Numbered from the stretch's first letter, positions 18,778 through 29,300 are shown. The stretch: 64,000 bases of DNA from a virus (IMGVR_UViG_2788500220_000013:32001-96000), one strand, 5' to 3'. Program-made: numbers and translations. The notes: a model not told the origin generated them from the sequence alone.

Positions 18778-19257
18778 TTAGCTTGGCTGGCTTTTTCCAA
18801 ACCCATAATCACCAAGCGTCTGGCCAGATTGAGCTTTCGAAGAGGTTTTTGGATTTAATTGTGATCCAACACCAGAGCCCCATGTATCGCTCGGCGTTTC
18901 TCCATAACCTTTAGGCGCCTCGCCTTGTTTTGTTGGGTCTAGGCCGTTTCCTTCTCCAGGACTTGTTGGATTAGGCATCCAAGCGCTAGCAGGAAGACCG
19001 CCGCCGCCGGTTTCTACATCGCCGAAATCTGGGGCATCAGCATAATCTCTGCTAAAAACGCCAAAAGTATGTCCTTGATCGTTGACCGTTCCATCCAAAA
19101 CATTTTTTTGATAATCATCTTCTACGCTTTCTTTTGTAAGCGACCCATCATGGATAGGGCTAGAAGAATATATATCTGACATACTTTGTGATGCAGACTT
19201 GCCTAATGACCGATCTGTTACAACTGCTTCAACAGTTACTTGCTTATGTGTAGGCAT
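18778..19257 (-). CDS. Gly/Pro/Ser-rich hypothetical virion protein (159 aa), paralog of the adjacent gene
   Basis: AAGGAG SD; shares ordered motifs with 18224..18763. Confidence 0.8.
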   Translation of the reverse strand: MPTHKQVTVEAVVTDRSLGKSASQSMSDIYSSSPIHDGSLTKESVEDDYQKNVLDGTVNDQGHTFGVFSRDYADAPDFGDVETGGGGLPASAWMPNPTSPGEGNGLDPTKQGEAPKGYGETPSDTWGSGVGSQLNPKTSSKAQSGQTLGDYGFGKSQPS

Positions 19258-19280
19258 TTAATATCTCCTTAAATTTAAAT

Positions 19281-19568
19281 TTATAGTTTTCTTAAAACTT
19301 TTCTACGGAGCTTCTTTCTGGCCTCATTTACTTTTGCTGCTCTGCGTTGCAAACGCTTCATTTCAACTTTAAGCACCTTAAGGTGGTCTAAATCTTTTTC
19401 AAGAGCACCTGCTTGCTCATCAGCATCTAATTCTTGAGCATCAACCTTCTCAGGATCATCCTTACCTTGCTCCAGTGTTTCCAAGCGGATTCTGCGGGCC
19501 AGTTTTCTTTTTTCTTCTAGCACCAAACGCCGTAGCATTTTAGGGGTTAACTTTCGTACATTCGCCAT
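19281..19568 (-). CDS. Small coiled-coil prohead-core-like protein (95 aa)
   Basis: AGGAG SD; KLTPKMLRRLVLEE N-terminal helix. Confidence 0.75.
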   Translation of the reverse strand: MANVRKLTPKMLRRLVLEEKRKLARRIRLETLEQGKDDPEKVDAQELDADEQAGALEKDLDHLKVLKVEMKRLQRRAAKVNEARKKLRRKVLRKL

Positions 19569-19640
19569 GATTTTAGTCTCCTATTAATTTAAACAAAACG
19601 AAACGATTCTATTATACATATTTCGTTGATGGGATTTATT

Positions 19641-20051
19641 CTAATTACCTTCTGTTTTTTTAGCATCAGAAAATGCTAGCGCTGCCCAATTTTGTGCAGC
19701 CTCTCCAAATGTATCATCTACACTCTCGACCGACGGTGTATCAATAATATCTGATTTTACATTTGAGCGTGGCTCATGAACCTGTTGTTCTTGCAGTGTT
19801 GTTGCAGCTGTATCAGCAAAAATTGATGCCATAGTACTATCACTAGTTAATGCATTAACCGTTCTATTGACAGCACTTTCAAATTGCTTCGTAGGACGAG
19901 ACTGAGTTCGAGTAGTTGGGCGAGCCCTTAGATCTCTTGATTCTTTAAGTGCTGATGTACTTTGGCTTTGACCGGTAAGGCCTTCTTCTAGTATTTCAAC
20001 AAGACATTCCTTAACAATCGACTTAAGTTGGCTTCTAGATAATTTTGCCAT
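19641..20051 (-). CDS. Small prohead-core-like protein (136 aa)
   Basis: KLSRSQLKSIVKECLVEILEE N-terminal helix; TAATG coupling to the upstream gene. Confidence 0.75.
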   Translation of the reverse strand: MAKLSRSQLKSIVKECLVEILEEGLTGQSQSTSALKESRDLRARPTTRTQSRPTKQFESAVNRTVNALTSDSTMASIFADTAATTLQEQQVHEPRSNVKSDIIDTPSVESVDDTFGEAAQNWAALAFSDAKKTEGN

Positions 20052-20398
20052 TATGCAACACTTCCTAAATTATTCTGATCAATTGCAGGCAATGCCTTGG
20101 CAGGAATGCCTGTTACTTCTGCACAAACTGAAACTCCTCCGTCGTTGACAGTGACCTCTATTTGTTTACATTTTACTTCAAATCTGACCGGGGTTCCGTT
20201 GGGCAGTGTAAAGACACCGTCATTTAAATTACCAAAGGCGACTGAATTGTCATCCCCGGTGGAACAAACAACAACAGCACTAGTAACAAACTCTAGGTCA
20301 ACAGTGTAAGATGAGGTGTCAGACGTTATAAAAGGTACACCTGATGATTGAAATTCAGCGGTTGAACCTATTCCTGGCTTATGATAATTTAAAGGCAT
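20051..20398 (-). CDS. Small beta-rich hypothetical protein (115 aa), possible capsid decoration
   Basis: TAATG-coupled to the protease gene; alternating beta-strand pattern. Function inferred from position only. Confidence 0.65.
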   Translation of the reverse strand: MPLNYHKPGIGSTAEFQSSGVPFITSDTSSYTVDLEFVTSAVVVCSTGDDNSVAFGNLNDGVFTLPNGTPVRFEVKCKQIEVTVNDGGVSVCAEVTGIPAKALPAIDQNNLGSVA

Positions 20399-21021
20399 TA
20401 TTTATTCTCCCAATTCATGATATCGTTGAAAATCCTATCAATGCGATCTGACTTTGTAAAGAATTTATCCAGGTCCCCGCGTGAAACTAAAATATCCTTA
20501 CCTTCCTGCATCATAAAAGCGCCAGGGGTTGAAGGTTCCGAAACAAAATCCCAGCAAATTAATTGAAAATCGTCTTGTACTACCTGGTAGTCACCCTCTG
20601 ACCGGGTGGAGCCTACACCTCTTGATGATATCCCTAATGTAACACCAGCCTCAACAAGATTTTGGAGAATCTTTCCACATGGGGTATCTAATAATTCGAC
20701 AGTCCCCTTACATACATCACCCTCCATCCAGGCCTCTCGTATAATATGGGAAACATTCTTTAGCTCTACAACTGATGAATCTGGATGGTCACATTCTCCC
20801 AAGGCACGATTTTCTTTAATAAACTTTTGATAATTTCTTACTTCTCTTTCCAAAATAGTCCGTGGGTATATTCTGCCATTCTGGTTTAGTGTATCAGACT
20901 TTTGAAGAATCCCCTTCATAACAATCTTACCATCATTATTATCTCGGGATTCCTTAATCATATCTGGTGTGTATTCCCAAGGAGTCCACCCTGTAAGCAG
21001 CTTTAATTTCGGCTCAGCCAT
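20398..21021 (-). CDS. gp21: Prohead protease (T4 gp21-like)
   Basis: NQNGRIYP, ALGECDHP, VSHII, TPCGKIL, LGISSRGVGS, WDFVSEPSTPGAF. ATG 21021 has a GGAG SD (ORF track starts at GTG 21027). Confidence 0.95.
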   Translation of the reverse strand: MAEPKLKLLTGWTPWEYTPDMIKESRDNNDGKIVMKGILQKSDTLNQNGRIYPRTILEREVRNYQKFIKENRALGECDHPDSSVVELKNVSHIIREAWMEGDVCKGTVELLDTPCGKILQNLVEAGVTLGISSRGVGSTRSEGDYQVVQDDFQLICWDFVSEPSTPGAFMMQEGKDILVSRGDLDKFFTKSDRIDRIFNDIMNWENK

Positions 21022-21868
21022 TTTCACTCTCCAATAATTCTTTCTTTAGGCCTGACACTAACAAGAACTTTGCTATTACGTCATCGTCTATAGAAGTAAA
21101 CTTAAAGTCGTTCACATTTTCTCTTACAACATTGATTTTTTCATTTAAAACATCATTATCACAGGTCTCAGAAAAATAATCAATTTCGCTTAATGTCGAC
21201 TCCCTTAAGTATTCTAAATATTTCCTAAATTGCCCCGTATCTCCGCTAGATAAGCTAAAAACATACTCTTGAATTAATTTTGCCTGATCACTGTTTAGGG
21301 CCTGGCCATATTTCTTATTAAACTTTTCTGTCATAATCTTAACTGATAGTGAGTTAACATCTTCATCACGATGGTATGACACGTCTTCTTCCACACGCTC
21401 AGTCATTAGCCACTCACAGACAATATCTTCATACTTTGCTATCCTTACTAAATCCGAAGCCCTTTCGCGGCGCCAATCATTTAATAAGGTTTGAATGGTC
21501 GCATATGACCTATAATCACCAACATGTTGGTGGTAAAAATTTTGATCATCTATTCGATAATTAATCTCTTTTATTAATGCTGCCTTTTCGCGGCGTAGCT
21601 GATCTTTATCAAATCCAATAGCGGCTTTTTTGGCCTCACCTAAAATTCTTGTAGCTAAAGACTCAGACTTAACAGTCGTCTTAACTAGCGCATTAAATAA
21701 TCTAAATTCTCTATATAATTGTGAGCCAGGTTTAAAATGCTTTTTTAAGATCTCTGATGTAACCTTGGCCTTGAGTTCATCGCCCTCAACCAAAGACTCA
21801 GAAATACATCTAAGTAACTGCTCATATATTATTCCAACATTACGTTTTTTATTATGTGCTTTTGCCAT
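21014..21868 (-). CDS. Helical hypothetical protein between portal and protease (284 aa)
   Basis: Long ORF overlapping both neighbours; HNKKRNVGIIYEQL N-terminus. Confidence 0.8.
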   Translation of the reverse strand: MAKAHNKKRNVGIIYEQLLRCISESLVEGDELKAKVTSEILKKHFKPGSQLYREFRLFNALVKTTVKSESLATRILGEAKKAAIGFDKDQLRREKAALIKEINYRIDDQNFYHQHVGDYRSYATIQTLLNDWRRERASDLVRIAKYEDIVCEWLMTERVEEDVSYHRDEDVNSLSVKIMTEKFNKKYGQALNSDQAKLIQEYVFSLSSGDTGQFRKYLEYLRESTLSEIDYFSETCDNDVLNEKINVVRENVNDFKFTSIDDDVIAKFLLVSGLKKELLESENG

Positions 21869-23960
21869 TGTTCTTAGAATTTCCTTCTTCTAAATCAATT
21901 TCTAATTCGATGTCATCATCCACCATGCCTGTTTCAGCAAGGAGACCCTTCTTAGGAATACTTATTGCGCTACCAAGCTTACTTAACGTAGATTCAATCT
22001 CTTTAGTCATCTTAGCATGTTGAACTATCTTAGTATCCAAAAATTCATCCAATGCTGGATTGTATATCAAGTCTTCAGCATTTTCTCTAAATGGATTTCT
22101 CGTTACGGAACCCTTATCATACGGGTCATTCATTGAATCTTGAGTTCTTGCAGGTTTCCCTACAGAAGTCATCTTAACAAAATCTGGCATATGCGTTGAG
22201 CGGGGCCCCGAAGTAACCTTTCGTTTCTTTTTGATGGGTTGATTAAAGACATTCCTAATTTGCTTTTGAGCTTTAGCTGGTGAATCTTCATCATCTATCG
22301 ACAATCTAACTATGCTGTCTTCATCTTCATCGTCATCGTCGTCATCGTCATCAGAATTTAACGATGGTGTTAATGAAGTTAATAAGTCACCGGGGCTTAA
22401 ATCAGATGCAAATATGTCTCCGCCCTCTTCGCCACCCTCGTCGCCGGCGGCGTCGCCGCCTTCATCATCTCCAAAAAGACCACCGCCGGCATCACCGCCG
22501 GCATCACCGCCACCGGCATCAGGCATAGGGCCGGGGAGTTTAATAGCCTCTGATTCTGGTAATTGAGTTTGTTCAACCCTAAGATCATCAAGTTTATCAT
22601 CTAACTGGTCATCACGAATTTTTTGGATCTCTTCTGCTCGAAGGCCAATGACGTTTTTCCGAACCCATTCCCTTGATAAAACGCCTTCAGGCGCCTGGCC
22701 AGCTATTTCAAACTTTCTAGCAATTAGCTCTAACTTTTGCTGTTGGGCAACTGATGAAGGATTCGACAGCTTTAACTCAAAGTCAATTAGGTCTTCACCC
22801 TCATAACCATGTGAATATAAATGTATCATTGCCAATTTATTTAATTCAGCAAGTATTGTTTTCTGAATCCTTTGGATAGTCCTAGAAAATCGTATATCTT
22901 CCTGGGCCAACGTAGCCTTTGATCCAACATCTTCATCGTAGCCAAGATATGCACGGGGGATTTTTAATGCAGCAAAAAGCTTCTTCTGGATATATTCAAC
23001 ATCTTCAATTGCAGCAGTATTTGTTCCGCCGGCCAGCGTCTCAATTTTTGTACCGGATTCACCCCCGCGTACGGGAAGAAAATAATCCTCATCGACGCTA
23101 AGCGGATTATAACGTAGATCTACCTGTCCGGTCGTTTTATCAACAATCGCATTTCTTTTAAGCGATGACTGGGCTTGTTCAAGATAATTTGCAACATTTT
23201 CAGGCGGGACGTTACCAACATCAATATAAAATACTCGTCTTTCAGGCGCACGAATGACACGATATACAAGCATTGCATCCTCAATAAGGATTAACTGGCG
23301 CCAGATACGGCGCGCTGCTTCTAATACTGAGGATCCGTATGGTAAAAATGCATCATTTCCCAGCAGCCTAAAATGTGTAACCTGCCAGTTCTCTAATACC
23401 TGATTCCCTTGTGTAATCCACCTAAAACGAACAGCTGCCGGATCATTTGGGTCAAAGCCTTCCTCACGTTCAATCTCTGATATGGGTATTGGAAACGCAT
23501 TTAAAACACCAAACTCAGGTGAAACATCATTGAATAAGAAAAAATCACCGTATTTACATAAGTTCCTTACCCATAATACCAGATTAAAATCTATATTAAG
23601 AGTATCATAAAAAACGGTCTCAAGTAATTCCTGTATTTTTCTATTTTCTGAGTAAATGTGGAGCATGTGCCCCTTCTCATCTGTTGAGACAGTCTCCTCA
23701 GAGTATATATCTAATGCAGATGCTATCTCAGGAGTTGATTCCATCTCGCTAAAATCGCTATACCTGGACATTCTATCAAATGCACCGTATGCGCTTAGAG
23801 TGCTATTATAAACATCACTGTGAGCACGTTTAAACATCTCCATAGCAGATGATGCAGGCTTAGATGTAGAAACGTCGCGGACCCTTCTTTTAACAATCGG
23901 ACCAGATCGAAATAGTCTGGTTAATCTTTGAAACAAGTTTGGATTTTTCTTTGAAGCCAT
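21852..23960 (-). CDS. gp20: Portal protein (T4 gp20-like) with a long acidic C-terminal extension
   Basis: PEIASALDI, PYGSSVLE, EDAMLVYRVIRAPERRVFYIDVGNVPP, EDYFLPVRGG, IETLAGG, DVEYIQKKLFAALKIP. Confidence 0.96.
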   Translation of the reverse strand: MASKKNPNLFQRLTRLFRSGPIVKRRVRDVSTSKPASSAMEMFKRAHSDVYNSTLSAYGAFDRMSRYSDFSEMESTPEIASALDIYSEETVSTDEKGHMLHIYSENRKIQELLETVFYDTLNIDFNLVLWVRNLCKYGDFFLFNDVSPEFGVLNAFPIPISEIEREEGFDPNDPAAVRFRWITQGNQVLENWQVTHFRLLGNDAFLPYGSSVLEAARRIWRQLILIEDAMLVYRVIRAPERRVFYIDVGNVPPENVANYLEQAQSSLKRNAIVDKTTGQVDLRYNPLSVDEDYFLPVRGGESGTKIETLAGGTNTAAIEDVEYIQKKLFAALKIPRAYLGYDEDVGSKATLAQEDIRFSRTIQRIQKTILAELNKLAMIHLYSHGYEGEDLIDFELKLSNPSSVAQQQKLELIARKFEIAGQAPEGVLSREWVRKNVIGLRAEEIQKIRDDQLDDKLDDLRVEQTQLPESEAIKLPGPMPDAGGGDAGGDAGGGLFGDDEGGDAAGDEGGEEGGDIFASDLSPGDLLTSLTPSLNSDDDDDDDDEDEDSIVRLSIDDEDSPAKAQKQIRNVFNQPIKKKRKVTSGPRSTHMPDFVKMTSVGKPARTQDSMNDPYDKGSVTRNPFRENAEDLIYNPALDEFLDTKIVQHAKMTKEIESTLSKLGSAISIPKKGLLAETGMVDDDIELEIDLEEGNSKNNGKST
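22481..22519. repeat. In-frame 12-bp tandem repeat (CACCGCCGGCAT x2 plus a 15-bp variant) encoding DAGG units in the portal tail
   Basis: Seen directly; GC-rich island in the low-complexity C-terminus. Confidence 0.8.
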
Positions 23961-24013
23961 GTCGTTCCCTATTCTCTTCTACCCAAATATACTAGTTTTT
24001 GTAAAAGAATAAA

Positions 24014-25603
24014 TTATTTCAATAACCATGACATATCACCTAATGGACCATCAGAGCCTGAAACTGGTGCACTTCCAATGCTAATTGGTTTAAATGGGTT
24101 TTGGTTCATGTTATTCCATGAACTAAATACCGATTTATCTGTAGAGTTACTATTTACAGCAAATGCCTGAAGCATTGCAGCGTTAATATCAACAGTGTGT
24201 TTATTGTATTCAGGTTTTGTATCATACAACCAAACACCTATAGCTAATGCTATTACTAAGTCATCATTTGCTCCTCTTTGAGCCTGAGCTTTGTTTCCTT
24301 TCCATATAAACGTCTTAAGTTCATCGTATAAACGAGAGGAATACGCATTAACTTGCCTATTTCTTAAAACCTCTTCAAGCTTTGTTAAGATCTGTACCCT
24401 TGACACACCTGATGTCGTGAAGCCGGCCTTGGAGATATTTCCTTCTCCATACATCGCAGCAAATTTATCTTTTTGATTTTTATAATAAAGATTTGGATAC
24501 CCAAGCTCCTGTAGTTTCATAATAACTGCATAACCATATGAATTATTTTCTGGACATATAACTGCCTTGTTATACCTCATCCCTGCTTCATTTAAAAGTG
24601 TAGCAAATTGATCAGGAGGTATTTTCCCTTTATATTCTGCAACTATCTCAGATTCGTTAGTATCTATAACATGAAATGTAGAATAATCAGCTGCATCTCC
24701 TCTAGAAACATCTGCTGAAATAATATATTTGTGTTCTGTCAATGCATATTTCCAGACCCATACCCCCATGTCGGGGCCCCATTTTTCTAACGGGTTTTTT
24801 ATACGGGTACGTATATATTCAATATCTTCAGCTGATAAAAATGTGTCTCCGGAGGCTGCAAAGTCACACAACAACTCTTGCGCAATTTGTTTATTTGTTA
24901 AATTTTTACATTCGTCCTCAAACCACTCATCGCTTCTTTCTGGGTGTACATCCCATGGTAGCTTCGTAGGATGAAACTCATTTTCCCCACTTGCTGCCTT
25001 CATATAGAGATCATAGTACTGACCACCTACGCCGTTAGGGGTCGACAAGACAATGGCACGGCCGCCCGTTGACAGGGTAGGATATAACCCCATCCATAAC
25101 TCATCAAAGTTTCTTACAAATGCGGCCTCATCGACGATTAGCAAAGACAATGCCTCTGATCTACCTGCATCATCAGATGTTGGTACTGCCTTTATTTGAG
25201 ATCCATTTGAAAACTCAATTGACTGCTTATTATTTGAAACTATCTCTGATAGCATCATCCATGGTGGTAGACTCTTAATACCTACCTTTACCTTTTTAAT
25301 AAAGTTCATTGCCACAGAAAGCTTTGTGGCAATTACTAATATGTTCTTATCTTTATAAAAAAGAGCTAACCATGTAGCATATGCAGCAGACAATGTAGAA
25401 ATACCCAGCTGCCTAGACTTCAAAATAACATTAAACCGGTTATCAACAAAGCTTTTAACACAATCATCTTGAAAATCATATGTATTAAAAGGAATTAGTC
25501 CTCTAGTGGGATGTTGAATCTTCATATATTTATTGAAAAAATATACGGGATCTTTTCCACACCGAACAATTTCTTTTACTTGTCTTTGTTTATTAACTGG
25601 CAC
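24014..25603 (-). CDS. terL: Terminase large subunit (T4 gp17-like)
   Basis: Walker A KSRQLGIST, Walker B LLIVDEAAF, motif III STPNG, nuclease ADVSRGDAADYS and DDLVIA. Confidence 0.96.
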   Translation of the reverse strand: MPVNKQRQVKEIVRCGKDPVYFFNKYMKIQHPTRGLIPFNTYDFQDDCVKSFVDNRFNVILKSRQLGISTLSAAYATWLALFYKDKNILVIATKLSVAMNFIKKVKVGIKSLPPWMMLSEIVSNNKQSIEFSNGSQIKAVPTSDDAGRSEALSLLIVDEAAFVRNFDELWMGLYPTLSTGGRAIVLSTPNGVGGQYYDLYMKAASGENEFHPTKLPWDVHPERSDEWFEDECKNLTNKQIAQELLCDFAASGDTFLSAEDIEYIRTRIKNPLEKWGPDMGVWVWKYALTEHKYIISADVSRGDAADYSTFHVIDTNESEIVAEYKGKIPPDQFATLLNEAGMRYNKAVICPENNSYGYAVIMKLQELGYPNLYYKNQKDKFAAMYGEGNISKAGFTTSGVSRVQILTKLEEVLRNRQVNAYSSRLYDELKTFIWKGNKAQAQRGANDDLVIALAIGVWLYDTKPEYNKHTVDINAAMLQAFAVNSNSTDKSVFSSWNNMNQNPFKPISIGSAPVSGSDGPLGDMSWLLK

Positions 25604-25618
25604 CGTTTCATCTCTATT

Positions 25619-25996
25619 TTAGTTTTGTATTTCTAGCTCAATATCGCGCCGATAATACGCAACCTTACGAGGTGAATTTACTGTTGCAGATATTAGTTCA
25701 ACATTATCACGGTTTGAAAGCTCTGAAGTTTTTAATGTATTGCCAGTTCGGTCTTTAAACTGTGACTTAACATCGCCCACCGCATCATTCAATATTTGCA
25801 TTGATTCATCAATAAGCGCCTTGACTTGCTCTCTTAAAGCGATCTCAGACGCAAAATGAACAATTGTCTGAAATCTGAATGATACGATATCATCTTTAAG
25901 TTTGCATGTTACGCTGCGGCCATTTACTTCAGCAGATTTTCCCCACGTATGATTAACAATATCACCGAGTTGATTGATTTCTGTACTATTTAACAT
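25619..25996 (-). CDS. Hypothetical protein (125 aa) directly upstream of terL
   Basis: ORF with AGGAG SD; no recognisable family. Confidence 0.75.
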   Translation of the reverse strand: MLNSTEINQLGDIVNHTWGKSAEVNGRSVTCKLKDDIVSFRFQTIVHFASEIALREQVKALIDESMQILNDAVGDVKSQFKDRTGNTLKTSELSNRDNVELISATVNSPRKVAYYRRDIELEIQN

Positions 25997-25997
25997 A

Positions 25998-26035
25998 AGT
26001 TCTCCTGTGATTCCTCAGTTCTCCTGTGATTCCTC
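25998..26035. repeat. Perfect 19-bp tandem duplication AGTTCTCCTGTGATTCCTC x2 containing the SD
   Basis: Copies at 25998-26016 and 26017-26035. Confidence 0.95.
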
Positions 26036-26043
26036 ATCATTAG

Positions 26044-26050
26044 TAATTAT
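26044..26050 (-). promoter_or_regulatory. Putative late promoter motif ATAATTA
   Basis: Exact ATANTTA match upstream of the 125-aa gene and terL. Confidence 0.5.
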
Positions 26051-26062
26051 TTACCTTTATCA

Positions 26063-26362
26063 TTATTTAACTAGATAGGACGGTTGTAATAGTCTTTTCT
26101 CTTTTTCTTTTTCTATTTCATTGCTAGTCGGGCGCCTTCCTGCATGCCACCCGTCAATATCATATTCTACCCATTTCATAAAACAGCTAGCGCAACAACC
26201 GTATTTACTGTAAAGCGAGGCATCACTATAGTCACGCATTAAAAATCCACATATGTCACAATCTAAAGGAACTGTCTTCATGTGCCCTTCAGGAATTATA
26301 ATTTTAAATCCTGAAACGTCTTCTAGCATTTTTCTATTCTGTGTCAGTTTTTTCCAGACCAT
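26063..26362 (-). CDS. Small Cys-rich putative zinc-binding protein (99 aa)
   Basis: CDIC...CCASC; overlaps the 3' end of the SbcCD fusion by 29 bp. Confidence 0.7.
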   Translation of the reverse strand: MVWKKLTQNRKMLEDVSGFKIIIPEGHMKTVPLDCDICGFLMRDYSDASLYSKYGCCASCFMKWVEYDIDGWHAGRRPTSNEIEKEKEKRLLQPSYLVK

Positions 26363-29300
26363 TACAAATTACCTGTGCATTTTTTCCGTTAGAAGATATT
26401 TCGATAGTATTATCAACAATATCCTTGACTCCATCAACATGAGAAATTACTAAAATATTCTTAAACCACCGTTTTAAAGACTTAAGCAGCCTATTACAAG
26501 ATTCAACATTCATATCATCTAATGCGCCAAATCCCTCATCAATTACCAGTAGATCAGTTTTTGGTAAAGAAGAAACATTAATAAGGGCTACTCGAATAGC
26601 TAAAGATGCCATCATTTTCTCCATCCCAGATCCGCATTCAATAATCCTACGTGAATCACCATAGTTTATGTAAATATCCATAGCATTCGACGTCGACTCA
26701 GCTTCGAGCTCCACAGTAAACCCAACAACATCCTGAAGAATTTTTGATATTTCTGCATTAATTGCAGGGAGTTGTGATGTTATAATTTGAAGTGGTATGC
26801 CTTTTTTTGAAACGGCATTCATAAATAATTCGTATGTTTTCCAGCTAGCCAATAACTCAGTGTACTTGTCCCTATCTGTCTTAAGCTTTATAATCTCATT
26901 TGATAAGCGGCCAATCAACTCACTTAAAGACATCCTCTTTGCATCAGTTGTGGTAATGTCATCAGTAAGAGAAACTATTTCACCCTTTATCTTTGTTATT
27001 TCAGCTGAAACATTGGCAGACGAAACCCTAAGCTTCATGTCATTTAAGATATTTGTATCTTTATCAATCTCAGAATCTAAAGAAGCTTCTCTAGATTGCA
27101 ATCCATGAAGCTCAACCGTTTTGCTTGAAACTGTTACCTTAAGCTCTGATTCCTGCTTTAAAACATCATCATACTTCTGTATTTTTGTACTTAAGTCTTC
27201 TAATAATAAAACGTCTAACGCTTTTTGTGCTACCTTTACCTGGCTTAATATCTCACCAGTCTTTTCTAGCTGCCCTGTTAATAATTTCTTGTTTTTATGT
27301 GATTCCTTTATAAATTTACATGTTGGAAATGAATCACCACAAGGGACTTCTTCAAGGCGCTTAATAGAATTCTTTTGTGTCTTTAATAACGTCTTTTCCC
27401 TCTCATGATCATGACGTAATTGAATTAGTGATCGCTCAAGACCAAGCTGCGCTGCTAATCTCTCTTTAAGATCATCAATCGGAAAGACATTTCTAATATT
27501 TTCAATTTTTACTAATTTTTCGTTTAATATAGTAATTTCATCATTAAGGGCAGATATCCTTGATCTTGCTTGTAGTAATTCATTATTAGCAGCATCAATT
27601 TTTTTCTGCTGAATAGTAACATCATCCGGTGTTACGATATCTTTATCTTTGTGAGTAGCCAAAGAAATCTTAAGACCTTGAAGCTTTTTCCTTAGCTTGG
27701 TTAATTCTGCATCAACTAAGTCGCGATCTTTTGCTTTTGCATCATGTTCAATTTGTGCTTCTAGAATCTTTGTTTCATATTCAATATTTGGGACTGATTT
27801 TAATAAAGCCTTAACGGTCGCAGATTCATCCTTAACTAGGTCTAACATATTCTCAAATATGTTTAGATCTAAAAAGTTTGTTAGTATTGACTTTCGCTGA
27901 GTTGCCTTGTGTTTTATAAATGCATTCATTTCACCCTGGCTGGCTAGTGACGTTAATAGAAAGTCATCGCTAGTACCAATAAGGCTACGTAGAACCTTCT
28001 CAGTCTCGCGGCGTTGCTCTTCTGTCATATCAATTGCTAAGCCATCGTCAATTTTATGCAAATTTAAGTGTGTCACAGCATGAAGCTTTCCAGCCCTAGT
28101 TTCATGCTTAACAGATTGACGTTCAACACGAAAGTTCTTACCAGAAATTGCGATATCAATCCCCGCCTTACAGAACCCCTTTCGTGAATTAATAATATGT
28201 AAATTTTTAATTGAACCCCTATCTGTTGTATTAAAAAGGCCATACATTATAGCGCCAGGGATTGATGATTTACCTATCCTGTTAGGGCCAAATAGGCCTG
28301 TGATTCCCCCTAAATTCTCAAAATCAATTACATTACCTTTACCATAGGAAAATATATTATCAAACTCTAAACGCCTAATAGACCACTTAATGTTTCTAGC
28401 AGCATCATTATGCGCTAGCTGATTTACGGTGGTTGTAGTTAGTTCCTCTAACTTATCCCACTCATCATCTGTTAAGTCTAAATCAGAATAATACTCTCTC
28501 ATTAACTTACAATGTGTCTTAGAGTCTCGTAGATCATCCTTAAAAAATGACGTTCCATTTGACTTAATAATTGTAACATCAGAGTCATACTCATTCTTAT
28601 ATACAACTTCAGTTGCATCCTTAAACTCTTTTAAAGCAGAATGTAATTGTTTTATCTCTGGTTGTGATATCGGTGAGTTCGTTCTAATTCTAAATCTAGA
28701 ACCATCTGGATATGTCTCTGCAAAGTCTAATGTTGACTGAACATCTTCACTCCAGTCAATCGTCACAAATGGTTGATCATGGGGAATTTCATAAAACGTA
28801 CTAGTGAAATTGTCTTTATCTTCAATTTCCCAAAACAAAAATCCCTTACCGGGTGTTTCCCCATAATTCTGCTGGATCGATGAACCACAATATGCCACAC
28901 GCTTATCATCGTCCAAATATTGTACCTTATGAATATCACCAAGCATAGTAAAGTCATAATTCTTAAAGAAATCTACATCTACTTCGCCCTCGATATTCCA
29001 ATTGATGTCTGTCTTTGAGCCCCTAACACCTCCATGGAATAATGCAATATTAATTTCGTTAGGAGTAGGCTTAACATTCGGCCAGTTTTCTTCATCAAAA
29101 CATGAAAATACTGACCAATTAAATCCCGGGATGCCAATCGGGTACGTACCAGAATTTTTGTATAAATGAATATTCGGATTATTTAATGCTGAAAGAATCG
29201 GGCTGATTGCATCTTGTCTATGCTTGTTTAAAATTAGGCCATCATGGTTCCCTAGAATGACATGTGTGGGGGCAATATCTGCTAGTGATGTAAACCACCA

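Noticed and set aside
25998-26035. CRISPR-like repeat
   Set aside because: Two directly adjacent copies, no spacer, no cas genes.
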